A stretch of DNA of 34,474 bases from Macrostomum lignano (taxonomy: Eukaryota), in NCBI GenBank assembly GCA_002269645.1, contig NIVC01003705.1:1-34474 (forward strand), read 5' to 3'. The notes below the pieces were generated by a model. The model was not told the DNA's origin. It saw only the letters and a program-made list of their open reading frames with translations, and did not search any database. Below, in pieces: positions 12,135-22,841 of the stretch (position 1 is the first letter of the stretch; each line of letters opens with the position of its first letter). Position numbers and translations under genes: made by a program.

Positions 12135-13574
12135 ATGCCCCGAGTTAAACGGTCTAGTCGGCTGGATTTGGAAGTGACCAGCGAGGAGGATTGGCGCATC
12201 AAGTCTATCATCACTAAATTCTTCCCGACGCATAAACAAATCTGCGAGCTCAAAGATAGACTCAGGGAGGAGATTGAGAAAGGACTCAGCGATGACCCAG
12301 AACAAAGGAAAGCGAGCTCGCTTCAAATGGCTGTCACGTTTGTTCGCGGATTGCTTAACGGTTCCGAGAGAGGAAACTTCTTGGCGCTGGATCTCGGCGG
12401 AACAAACTTTCGAATTCTCGATGTTTCGTTGCGCAGTGGCAGCAGGTGTTTCAGCAGCTGCGAGAACTTTGCCATCCCGACTGAGAGACTCAAGGGAACG
12501 GCAGCCGAGTTGTTTGACTTTATCGCTGATAAGCTGGCCGAGTTCGTCCACAAGGAGAAGCTGGACAGCTCCGAAAAGCGAATTCCGCTCGGATTCACGT
12601 ACTCATACCCTCTGGGACTCACCTCTCTCACTTCCGGTGTGATCGAGCGTTTGAACAAGTCCCTATCAATCAAAGACGGAATCGGAAAAGATCCGGTGAA
12701 GCTTCTGCAAGACGCAATCAACAAACACTCGCTCAAAATCGACGTACTCGCAGTTCTGAACGACACCACTGGAACACTCATGAGTGGTGCATTCATGGAC
12801 GCATCGTGCGGCATCGGGCTCATCATGGGAACCGGCAGCAACGTCTGCTACATGGAGAGAATCTGCAACATTCCAAAGTGGCAGTCTCTGACTGGACATT
12901 CGCCGTCCGAGTTTCAAGAGTACGAATACGTCATTGTGAACACTGAGTGGGGTGCGTTCGGAGACAATGGAGTGATCAAGTTTCTCAAGACTGAGTTCGA
13001 CTTCCAGCTGGATAACGAGTCGCTCTATGCCGGAACGTACACGTTCGAGAAGCTTTTCAGCGGAATGTACCTCGGAGAGCTAGCTCGCGTCACTCTCGTG
13101 AAGCTCTGCGACGAGGGTCTCGTCTTCGGAGGCCAGCCGTCTCCGGCGCTGCTTACACCAGGCAGCTTCCCTTCATCCTTCATCTCTCGAGTAGAGCAGG
13201 ACAATCACCGAGACCTGAGCCAAACATACCGCTGTCTGAAGGAGCTGAAACTGAGCAGCATCTCTGATGAGGACTACCACGTTGTTCGGTACCTGGCGAA
13301 CGCATTGTCGGTGCGCGCAGCTCAGATTGTCGCTGCCGGACTGTCCGTGTTCGTCGAGCGCGTTCAGCGCACTGAGGTCGCAATCGCGGTCGACGGGTCC
13401 CTATTCACCAAACATCCTGTGCTACCAGGTCTGATTCAGGAGTTCCTGGACAAGTACTGCCCAAGAACGCATACAAGGCTAATACACGCTGAGGACGGCA
13501 GCGGCAAGGGCGCGGCCTTCACCGCTGCTGTTGTTGACAGATTTCGAAGGGACGAGACCTCAAATGGCGAGTAA
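12135..13574 (+). CDS. HK: Hexokinase, single-domain ~50 kDa type, intronless, 479 aa (copy 1)
   Basis: Motifs LALDLGGTNFR, PLGFTYSYP, LNDTTGTL, MGTGSN, NTEWGAFG, FEKLFSGMYLGE, VDGSL, EDGSGKGAA. Uninterrupted ORF. AAAACA-ATG start context. Confidence 0.97.
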   Translation: MPRVKRSSRLDLEVTSEEDWRIKSIITKFFPTHKQICELKDRLREEIEKGLSDDPEQRKASSLQMAVTFVRGLLNGSERGNFLALDLGGTNFRILDVSLRSGSRCFSSCENFAIPTERLKGTAAELFDFIADKLAEFVHKEKLDSSEKRIPLGFTYSYPLGLTSLTSGVIERLNKSLSIKDGIGKDPVKLLQDAINKHSLKIDVLAVLNDTTGTLMSGAFMDASCGIGLIMGTGSNVCYMERICNIPKWQSLTGHSPSEFQEYEYVIVNTEWGAFGDNGVIKFLKTEFDFQLDNESLYAGTYTFEKLFSGMYLGELARVTLVKLCDEGLVFGGQPSPALLTPGSFPSSFISRVEQDNHRDLSQTYRCLKELKLSSISDEDYHVVRYLANALSVRAAQIVAAGLSVFVERVQRTEVAIAVDGSLFTKHPVLPGLIQEFLDKYCPRTHTRLIHAEDGSGKGAAFTAAVVDRFRRDETSNGE

Positions 13575-14249
13575 AAGTGAATTATCTTTCTGAGAGCAGG
13601 TTGTGGCAATAGTGCCTTTTTGTTTGCTTTGACTCCCGACTGTGAAAGATCCGAATCTGATCGGAACAAGATCTGCAGGACATCCGCTTTGCTGCTTTGC
13701 TTTTATTGCCCAAGTTGATGCTTAAATATTTTGTCATTCCATTTTGAGTCGAATATCGATCCTATCTTTTTCGATTTGTTTCATTCTCTATAAATTTAGT
13801 CCGACACGGCCAAGTAACACGAAGTTACGAGGTACCATTAATCTACACGATATTGGAGTAAAAGACCCGTTAGCTTTTTGACGCTTAAAGACCTTTTTTC
13901 TATTTTGAACTCCGACAGAAAACACTAAATTCTAATCTATTCGATTGTCGCTGTCTTTTTAAGTAGCCCACTAAATTAAATAAATTTAATGTACTCGTAC
14001 CTGCTACCTTTGCCCCTCAATCACATGCATGTTATTGCTTTGTTCATGCGAAGATACTTGTAAGCGTTGCACAGCTACATGAGCCTAAAAAAGTAGTCTT
14101 AAAAACAAGCGCTTGAATACAAGCAGTTTTTGCTCGGCCAATCGGAAGCTCGCAGATCTAAATCTGGAGTTCTTTATCAATGTATAACATTCGCCCCTGT
14201 CATTGATATTGCAACCTGTCCGCTTTCTTCAGCTTGTTTCAGTTTCTCA

Positions 14250-14994
14250 AATTTCTCCGATAAGCTCAACACACCCTTCTCCGCTGCTTCGATTGCAGTT
14301 GCTAGGGTGAGCGCGTCCGACAGGGTCTTTTTTTATTCTTGCAGCAGTCGTTGCTGGATCAGATGATTCCTGAGGCTAACGAAAAATCAGTTTCTCAGTG
14401 CATCATCTAAAAATCTTTCAAAGCCACTCGTGATAGCCAGCTTCCGTAGACTTGCAAGGAATTCACCGATGGATTCCCCTTTATGCTTAGTCAGGGAAGC
14501 CTCTATGGTCGCTGCGCTCCCCAAGGAAGGGACACTAGTTTAGGCAGCATACAAGTTTAGGGGTAAAAACCCGATTGGAAAGCAGTGATAGGAAAATGCA
14601 ACGTTTATTCATTTCTATGATTGATAACTTTTTAACTAAAAGTCATAGAAAGATGCGGTTTGCACTATTCAACGCAAAACATCGCAGGATCTCAGCGCAA
14701 CTTCTCCAACTCTGCTGCTGTCCACTTTCGGGGAATTGCAGAGATCCATTTTCCAGAAGCTCCGGCTGTGTATATATTATTTTTCCAGTTAGCAAGCTAT
14801 GAAATACGAGAGGTGTTACAAAAGTTCGCGTACAAACTGCTCTAGCGAGAAATCGATAAGCAGCAGCATCATTTCATATTCTATGCCATTCCCCTCAACT
14901 TGTATAGCGGAGTGGGGTGGGGCGGGTGAGTGTCCCTTCCTGGGGAGCGCAGCGACCATAGAGGCTTCCCTGGCTTAGTCCTGCTGTGGAAGTT
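14250..14994 (-). pseudogene. Decayed Ty3/Gypsy LTR-retrotransposon gag fragment, split by a DNA element
   Basis: Removing 14492-14972 plus one TSD restores NFHSRTKHKGESIGEFLASLRKLAITSGFERFLDDALRN*FFVSLRNHLIQQRLLQE*KKTLSDALTLATAIEAAEKG. This fits the FxxRxQxxGES..F...LRxLA..LRD.FV.GL..IQ.RLL gag pattern. In-frame stops at 14389-14387 and 14335-14333. Confidence 0.75.
14492..14972. mobile_element. 481-bp non-autonomous TIR DNA element (hAT- or P-like CAGGG ends)
   Basis: 45/44-bp TIRs CAGGGAAGCCTCTATGGTCGCTGCGCTCCCC(A)AGGAAGGGACACT (14492-14536 / 14929-14972) differing by one base. Flanking direct repeat GCTTAGT (14485-14491, 14973-14979). Confidence 0.85.
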
Positions 14995-15308
14995 TTAGAG
15001 TTTGTAAAAGAGAAGCATTAACTTTAATACGCTCGTAAAACTGGACTAACCGTCTATGGCTAAAACTCCCGTTAAACTGCATAATGATAGGACCAAGGAT
15101 TTTAGGATCATAATGATATTATGATAGGATCACGTGATAAAGTTGTCCTTGGATAGGGCAACAAAAATATCTATTAGAACGAGTACCCTTGCGAAAAAGA
15201 CAAGATGGAAAAGCAAGACCAAGAACTGTTTGAGGAAGGCGGTGAGAATGAGGACAACACAACAGCTTCGGAGCACAAGATCTTGGCGTGGCTAACGGTC
15301 AAAAAATT

Positions 15309-16349
15309 CGCCGAACCAACAACAGGATTAGTATCTGATATAATGCTGACAGAGGTAGGATCATCGGAGCCTTTGAACAAGGGGAGGATTTCACCGCTTT
15401 TGCAGGACATCTCAATGTCAAAAGAACAACAACGTACGAGTATACGACTGTTTGTTCTGGAAAAATCGAAACGCTCCTAAAATGTGGGTCGAAGCGAGTC
15501 GAGTGGAATATGGAGATGCAGGCATTCGTTGAATCTAACCTGCTCATTACGTTAAGGAAATTGAATGCTAATCTGCGGCAACATTTTCCAAATAAGTTTC
15601 AATTCACGGACAATTGTATCAGTGAAAATGGTGCCCTATACAACAGGCAGCTGGCAATGGATCTACCAGCCGGAAAAACACCCCCGGTGATTGACGCGCT
15701 TGGAGTTTTGCGAGTGGGTTTGTTTAGCGGAAGTTCTCACAATCCATAAAATATATTCATCGATGAGTTTGGATTTGATGCCCGATCGTTCCACCGGTTG
15801 CAAGGTCGCTCACGGAGCGGAGAGCACTGTACTGGCAGGGCGGCTTGCGAAAGGGACTGCGCATCACCATTTTCTTAGCTAGATATTTTTCTACGTCAAT
15901 TCTACACGCATAACAAAGGGTGTGACAAAGGAAAATTCCTGCACATCACCATAAAAAACTTTATTGCAGCTTTTCTTGAAGCCAACTGCCACATCACCAT
16001 GATAGCGTAAGTTCTCATATTAATGCCAAAGACTACGGGGTCCCCGGCAATGTCGATGTCAAGAGGCTGCTATCAATGCAGTCCTTTCCTCACGCCTGTT
16101 TAAGAAGCTATTTCGCGCTGGGAGGCTGAGCTGAAGAGTGAATTGGCTCAATAGCAGTCTTTATTCATCGCTCTGACTGCCGAATAACTCGAAGGTTAGA
16201 CACTGGCTGCGCATCGACGGGACACACTTGTCACTACAGTCAACCAAACTTCAGGCTGCATTACAGCCAAAAATTGTACTGAGAGTAGTATAAATCACAT
16301 ATTCACATATGTACTGCGCTGCCTTGTTCGACAAGCAATTGATGGCTGA
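15309..16349 (+). pseudogene. Near full-length decayed Tc1/mariner-IS630 (DDE_3-type) transposase
   Basis: Reconstructed across frames: NRISI*YNADRGRIIGAFEQGEDFTAFAGHLNVKRTTTY (HTH1); FVESNLLITLRKLNANLRQHFPNK (HTH2); IFIDEFGF at 15753-15776 then GRSRSGE; ITM[D]SVSSH near 16000; CSPFLTPV*EAISRW at 16077-16121 with the catalytic E position occupied by TAA (16101-16103); C-terminal YVLRCLVRQAIDG*. Confidence 0.82.
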
Positions 16350-17106
16350 ATGTGAAATTCACAGCCAAGTTCTTGCATCAGTGACTCGATCCTTGAATAT
16401 TTTGAGCCGTGTTTTTAATGCAAAGTGTTTTTTGCGAAGTTGATCTGTAACGTATTCAATTAGGTTTAACGAGCTACAGATCAGCATGAAACATTGTTTG
16501 ACTATGCATTTGCTTTTTCAATTTGCTGTGCAAGCCTTGTGGATTTTTAAGGGTTCGAGGTCATAAAATAGATTCGATCTTTTGCAAGCCGCACAAATAG
16601 AATTCCATAATGCCTAGTTGCGTACCTCGATAAATAAAAAAGACAAACCGCTTTGCACCGTTAACTGCAAGCCCACAAGTGACATTCTGGTGTCATGTGG
16701 TGTAGTTTTGTGTAAGCAAAAGAAACTGCAAGATATGAGAAAAACCTCTGCGATTTCATTAATTCTCACTGAATCTTTTTTCTCACACGGGTGATTCGGC
16801 ATGCCGCAGATGTGCGACTAGAATGAGATGCAAATCAAGCGCAGCCGCGGTCCATTAAGGAAGGAGGCTCACAAGCTGCTTCTGTCTGATCTGACAGAGA
16901 TAGCGAATTCAAGCGAAGCAATTCTCACCTAGTCACTGTACTTTAACATAAACATGAATCAATTTAGCTAAAATATGCAGTTCTAGCCACACCTCTACTC
17001 CTAGGCACCGACAAAGCTATAAGATCTCAGTTCGAAGCAACACTGTGCCCAGTCGCACTATCACGAGTACACATACTTTGCTCTGTACTAGCTTACAAAG
17101 GTCAGG

Positions 17107-18573
17107 ATGAGTCGTATCAGACGATCAAGTCGATTGGATATGGAAGTCACCTCGGAAAAAGATTGGCGAATAAAGTCCATGATAAGCAAGTTCAAAATAA
17201 GCCATCAACAGATCTGCGAGCTCAAAGATAGACTCAGGGAGGAGATTGAGAAAGGACTCAGCGATGACCCAGAACAAAGGAAAGCGAGCTCGCTTCAAAT
17301 GGCTGTCACGTTTGTTCGCGGATTGCTTAACGGTTCCGAGAGAGGAAACTTCTTGGCGCTGGATCTCGGCGGAACAAACTTTCGAATTCTCGATGTTTCG
17401 TTGCGCAGTGGCAGCAGGTGTTTCAGCAGCTGCGAGAACTTTGCCATCCCGACTGAGAGACTCAAGGGAACGGCAGCCGAGTTGTTTGACTTTATCGCTG
17501 ATAAGCTGGCCGAGTTCGTCCACAAGGAGAAGCTGGACAGCTCCGAAAAGCGAATTCCGCTCGGATTCACGTACTCATACCCTCTGGGACTCACCTCTCT
17601 CACTTCCGGTGTGATCGAGCGTTTGAACAAGTCCCTATCAATCAAAGACGGAATCGGAAAAGATCCGGTGAAGCTTCTGCAAGACGCAATCAACAAACAC
17701 TCGCTCAAAATCGACGTACTCGCAGTTCTGAACGACACCACTGGAACACTCATGAGTGGTGCATTCATGGACGCATCGTGCGGCATCGGGCTCATCATGG
17801 GAACCGGCAGCAACGTCTGCTACATGGAGAGAATCTGCAACATTCCAAAGTGGCAGTCTCTGACTGGACATTCGCCGTCCGAGTTTCAAGAGTACGAATA
17901 CGTCATTGTGAACACTGAGTGGGGTGCGTTCGGAGACAATGGAGTGATCAAGTTTCTCAAGACTGAGTTCGACTTCCAGCTGGATAACGAGTCGCTCTAT
18001 GCCGGAACGTACACGTTCGAGAAGCTTTTCAGCGGAATGTACCTCGGAGAGCTGGCTCGCGTCACTCTCGTGAAGCTCTGCGACGAGGGTCTCGTCTTCG
18101 GAGGCCAGCCGTCTCCGGCGCTGCTTACACCAGGCAGCTTCCCTTCATCCTTCATCTCTCGAGTAGAGCAGGACAATCACCGAGACCTGAGCCAAACATA
18201 CCGCTGTCTGAAGGAGCTGAAACTGAGCAGCATCTCTGATGAGGACTACCACGTTGTTCGGTACCTGGCGAACGCTTTGTCGGTGCGCGCAGCTCAGATT
18301 GTCGCTGCCGGACTGTCCGTGTTCGTCGAGCGCATTCAGCGCGCTGAGGTCGCAATCGCGGTTGATGGCTCTCTGTACAAAAAGCACCCGAAATTGCAGT
18401 TTCTCATTCAAGAATTTCTAGACATTCATTGTGAGAATGTTTATACCCACTTGATTCTTGCCGAGGACGGTAGTGGAAAGGGCGCTGCATTTACGGCAGC
18501 TGTGGCCGAAAGGATCAAGACCAAGTCCGACGCGGACGAGTGTTCGACTTCGCAAGACTCGTCGGCTGAATAA
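17107..18573 (+). CDS. HK: Hexokinase, single-domain ~50 kDa type, intronless, 488 aa (copy 2)
   Basis: Same motif set as copy 1, with DGSLYKKHP. Colinear with copy 1 at a constant offset of 4972 bp. Confidence 0.97.
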   Translation: MSRIRRSSRLDMEVTSEKDWRIKSMISKFKISHQQICELKDRLREEIEKGLSDDPEQRKASSLQMAVTFVRGLLNGSERGNFLALDLGGTNFRILDVSLRSGSRCFSSCENFAIPTERLKGTAAELFDFIADKLAEFVHKEKLDSSEKRIPLGFTYSYPLGLTSLTSGVIERLNKSLSIKDGIGKDPVKLLQDAINKHSLKIDVLAVLNDTTGTLMSGAFMDASCGIGLIMGTGSNVCYMERICNIPKWQSLTGHSPSEFQEYEYVIVNTEWGAFGDNGVIKFLKTEFDFQLDNESLYAGTYTFEKLFSGMYLGELARVTLVKLCDEGLVFGGQPSPALLTPGSFPSSFISRVEQDNHRDLSQTYRCLKELKLSSISDEDYHVVRYLANALSVRAAQIVAAGLSVFVERIQRAEVAIAVDGSLYKKHPKLQFLIQEFLDIHCENVYTHLILAEDGSGKGAAFTAAVAERIKTKSDADECSTSQDSSAE

Positions 18574-19827
18574 CCACAATGTTTTATAACTTCTGCTGTG
18601 AAAGCCACTAAAATCTAAAAATATTTGCATCTATACGACCATCTGAATCAAACATTATTGAATAATACCGGTAGCTGTAAAAGTATATGCTCGTACATGT
18701 ACACTGAGCATCATGTTAAAGTTATCGCCCCGAAACCAGTGGTTAACAAGTGACAGCCTTAATACAATTCTAGCCATTACTCTCGACTCTCTCCTCACCA
18801 GCCTAAGCTGTGGGGCCTAGCTTGTGGCGCAAAGCGCATCACTCACAGTTGAGACGACAATCGCGAGGGCTGAGATCAAAGAAAAGTTTTTGGGGTGGAA
18901 ACTTAAAAATGTGATAAAAAACTGGGTGTTTTTTCTGAGTTCACTGAGTTCGCTGAGAATCGCTGACTTAAAATTTAGCCTAAAATCTACTGAAGTAAAT
19001 CTACTGATCTAATGACTCAAATTTGAATTAGTACAGCTCATATGTGATTTTTTACCTTGATTTTTGCTATTGTCCTTCCTTTAAGAGTTCAATAGGTTTA
19101 ATACAATCATTAATCAGATCCTTTTCCGGCGTGAGCACAAGAAGTCAATATAGCCATTATAAATATAAAATTAGCCTAAAAAAATTGAAGGCAAAAACGG
19201 CACTATATGTTGTCAGGATCTGTTGTATATCTGTTGTAAAAATGAAATGACTAATAGCTTCTCCAGACTTCTCGTCTGTAGTTTAAGCCATGAATCAATG
19301 TAGCCATAGGTTTGGATTCAAATTTATTGGTTATTACAGGCGCATGAGTGTGACTATATACACTTGTGTGTGGGCCAGTGTAAATCTGACTAGTTTCCAT
19401 CTCGCTCCCTCATTTTACTACGCTGTGATCACTGCCTCGCAAACTATAGTACTTACAGCTATAACAACTCTTTATTTAATTATTTCATAATAAAAATGTC
19501 TAAAAGTAACACGAACATAATATATATCCACTGCTCAGTGAAAGTGGTCTCTTTTGATATATTTATGTTAGCATGAAAGCCAAGCAAGAATTCTAGTTAT
19601 TGAACTAGCAATCTACGCCCCCCGTAGGGGCGCCAAAGAAATGCAATACACGTTTTTTAATAAGCTACATATATCCTTGAAATCTTAAAAAATCTCCTGT
19701 CAAACCTTGTAAGCCTTGACATGTCAATAATTCCCCCCCACAAGCTTTAACACATCAACTTCCCCCCTTGACATCTCAGCATTACCCCCAATAAGCCTTG
19801 GAAATCTAAAAATATCTGTCAACCTTC

Positions 19828-19887
19828 TAACCCTAACCCTAGCCTAACCCTAACCCTACCCTAACCCTAACCCTAACCTAACCCTAA
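19828..19887. repeat. Interstitial telomere-like (TAACCC)n tract inside A1
   Basis: About 10 imperfect TAACCC units. Shorter copy at 23575-23597 and a degenerate one at about 23978-24025. Confidence 0.9.
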
Positions 19888-20324
19888 AGCATTGAAATTT
19901 CAGTAATTCTCTCTGAGAGTCATTATAGCACTACTACAGCATTATAGCGATTCCCTGCAAGCCTCGACATCGTAGGGATTCCCAAATGAATCTCTTAACT
20001 TCGACATGAAGCTTCTTTTATTTTTTACATTACGCTTTTTTTATCAGCGCCCCCCCGTGGCGAGCCAACAATGAATGCAATAAAAAATTGAGTAAAGTAC
20101 ATGAACTTTGAAGTAGCCTCTGACTTTTGCTTTGACATCTCAGAAACCCCCCCTCCCGTAATCTCAGTTATTCTCTGAGAGCCTTGACGTCTCAGTAATT
20201 CTCCCCAGCACAGCATTATAGCTGCATTTAATTTTTACATGACACCCTTCATGTCTGACATGACGCTTCTTTTATTCTACCATGATGCTTCTTAATATTT
20301 TAAATGACACTTTCATTACTTTTT

Positions 20325-22730
20325 AAATGAGGCTTCTATGATTTTTTACATGACGCTTCTATGATTAATTACATGACGCTTCTATGATTAATTACATGAC
20401 GCTTCTATGATTGTTTACATGACGCTTCTATTATTTTTTAAACGACGTTTCTATGATTTTTTAAATGACGCTTCTATGATTGTTTACATGACGCTTCTAT
20501 GATTGTTTACATGACGCTTCTATGATTGTTTACATGACGCTTCTATGATTTTTTACATGACGCTTCTATGATTTTTTACATGACGCTTCTATGATTGTTT
20601 ACATGACGCTTCTATGATTTTTTACATGACGCTTCTATGATTGTTTACATGACGCTTCTATGATTGTTTACATGACGCTTCTATGATTGTTTACATGACG
20701 CTTCTATGATTTTTTAAACGACGCTTCTATGATTAATTACATGACGCTTCTATGATTGTTTACATGACGCTTCTATGATTTTTTACATGACGCTTCTATG
20801 ATTGTTTACATGACGCTTCTATGATTTTTTACATGACGCTTCTATGATTGTTTACATGACGCTTCTATGATTGTTTACATGACGCTTCTATGATTGTTTA
20901 CATGACGCTTCTATGATTTTTTACATGACGCTTCTATGATTAATTACATGACGCTTCTATGATTTTTTACATGACGCTTCTATGATTGTTTACATGACGC
21001 TTCTATGATTTTTTACATGACGCTTCTATGATTGTTTACATGACGCTTCTATGATTTTTTACATGACGCTTCTATGATTGTTTACATGACGCTTCTATTA
21101 TTTTTTAAACGACGTTTCTATGATTTTTTAAATGACGCTTCTATGATTGTTTACATGACGCTTCTATGATTTTTTACATGACGCTTCAATGATTTTTTAC
21201 ATGACGCTTCTATGGTTTTTTACATGACGCTTCTATGATTGTTTACATGACGCTTCTATGATTGTTTACATGACGCTTCTATGATTGTTTACATGACGCT
21301 TCTATGATTGTTTACATGACGCTTCTATGATTTTTTACATGACGCTTCTATGATTTTTTACATGACGCTTCTATGATTGTTTACATGACGCTTCTATGAT
21401 TTTTTACATGACGCTTCTATGATTGTTTACATGACGCTTCTATGATTGTTTACATGACGCTTCTATGATTGTTTACATGACGCTTCTATGATTTTTTAAA
21501 CGACGCTTCTATGATTAATTACATGACGCTTCTATGATTGTTTACATGACGCTTCTATGATTTTTTACATGACGCTTCTATGATTGTTTACATGACGCTT
21601 CTATGATTTTTTACATGACGCTTCTATGATTGTTTACATGACGCTTCTATGATTGTTTACATGACGCTTCTATGATTGTTTACATGACGCTTCTATGATT
21701 TTTTACATGACGCTTCTATGATTTTTTACATGACGCTTCTATGATCTTTTAAACTCTATGATTTTTACATGACGCTTCTATGATTTTTTACATGACGCTT
21801 CTATGATTGTTTACATGACGCTTCTATGATTTTTTACATGACGCTTCTATGATTGTTTACATGACGCTTCTATGATTTTTTACATGACGCTTCTATGATT
21901 GTTTACATGACGCTTCTATGATTGTTTACATGACGCTTCTATGATTGTTTACATGACGCTTCTATGATTTTTTACATGACGCTTCTATGATTTTTTACAT
22001 GACGCTTCTATGATTTTTTACATGACGCTTCTATGATTTTTTACATGACGCTTCTATCATCTTTTAAACTCTATGATTGTTTACATGACGCTTCTATGAT
22101 TTTTTACATGACGCTTCTATGATTGTTTACATGACGCTTCTATGATTTTTTACATGACGCTTCTATGATTGTTTACATGACGCTTCTATGATTTTTTACA
22201 TGACGCTTCTATGATTGTTTACATGACGCTTCTATGATTTTTTACATGACGCTTCTATGATTGTTTACATGACGCTTCTATGATTGTTTACATGACACTT
22301 CTATGATTGTTTACATGACGCTTCTATGATTGTTTACATGACGCTTCTATGATTGTTTACATGACGCTTCTATGATTTTTTACATGACGCTTCTATGATT
22401 TTTTACAGGACGCTTCTATGATTTTTTACATGACGCTTCTATGAGCTTTTAAACTCTATGATTTTTACATGACGCTTCTATGATTTTTTAAATGACGCTT
22501 CTATGGTTGTTTACATGACGCTTCTATGATTTTTTACATGACGCTTCTATGATTTTTTACATGACGCTTCTATGATTTTTTACATGACGCTTCTATGATT
22601 GTTTACATGACGCTTCTATGATTTTTTACATGACGCTTCTATGATTGTTTACATGACGCTTCTATGATTGTTTACATGACGCTTCAATGATTGTTTACAT
22701 GACGCTTCTATGATTTTTTACATGACGCCT
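20325..22730. repeat. 23-bp minisatellite CATGACGCTTCTATGATT(G/T)TTTA, about 105 units
   Basis: Direct tandem repeat, period 23 (e.g. CATG at 20533 and 20556). Two dominant variants, ATTGTTTA and ATTTTTTA. Confidence 0.97.
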
Positions 22731-22767
22731 TTTGTCCTTTATTTGTCCTTTAATAAAAGCTTTTAAT

Positions 22768-22841
22768 AAAAAAACTTTTCACTACTAAGATTCGAACCCA
22801 GGTCGCTGCATTTGCAGTCTAGTCTGTTCACATCTAGGCTA
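22768..22841 (-). promoter_or_regulatory. tRNA-derived Pol III-type cassette (A box, B box, T-run) in A1
   Basis: Minus strand: TAGCCTAGATG (22841-22831), GGTTCGAATC (22798-22789), T7 run (22774-22768). The acceptor stem does not pair, so this is not a tRNA gene. Confidence 0.65.

Noticed and set aside
12120-18630. Overlapping and antisense ORFs across the hexokinases (e.g. 12323..12841, 17295..17813)
   Set aside because: Shadow ORFs of GC-rich coding sequence, duplicated only because the core is identical.
19828-19887. True telomere or chromosome end
   Set aside because: Short, imperfect, internal to a repeated element, and present at the same position in A2.
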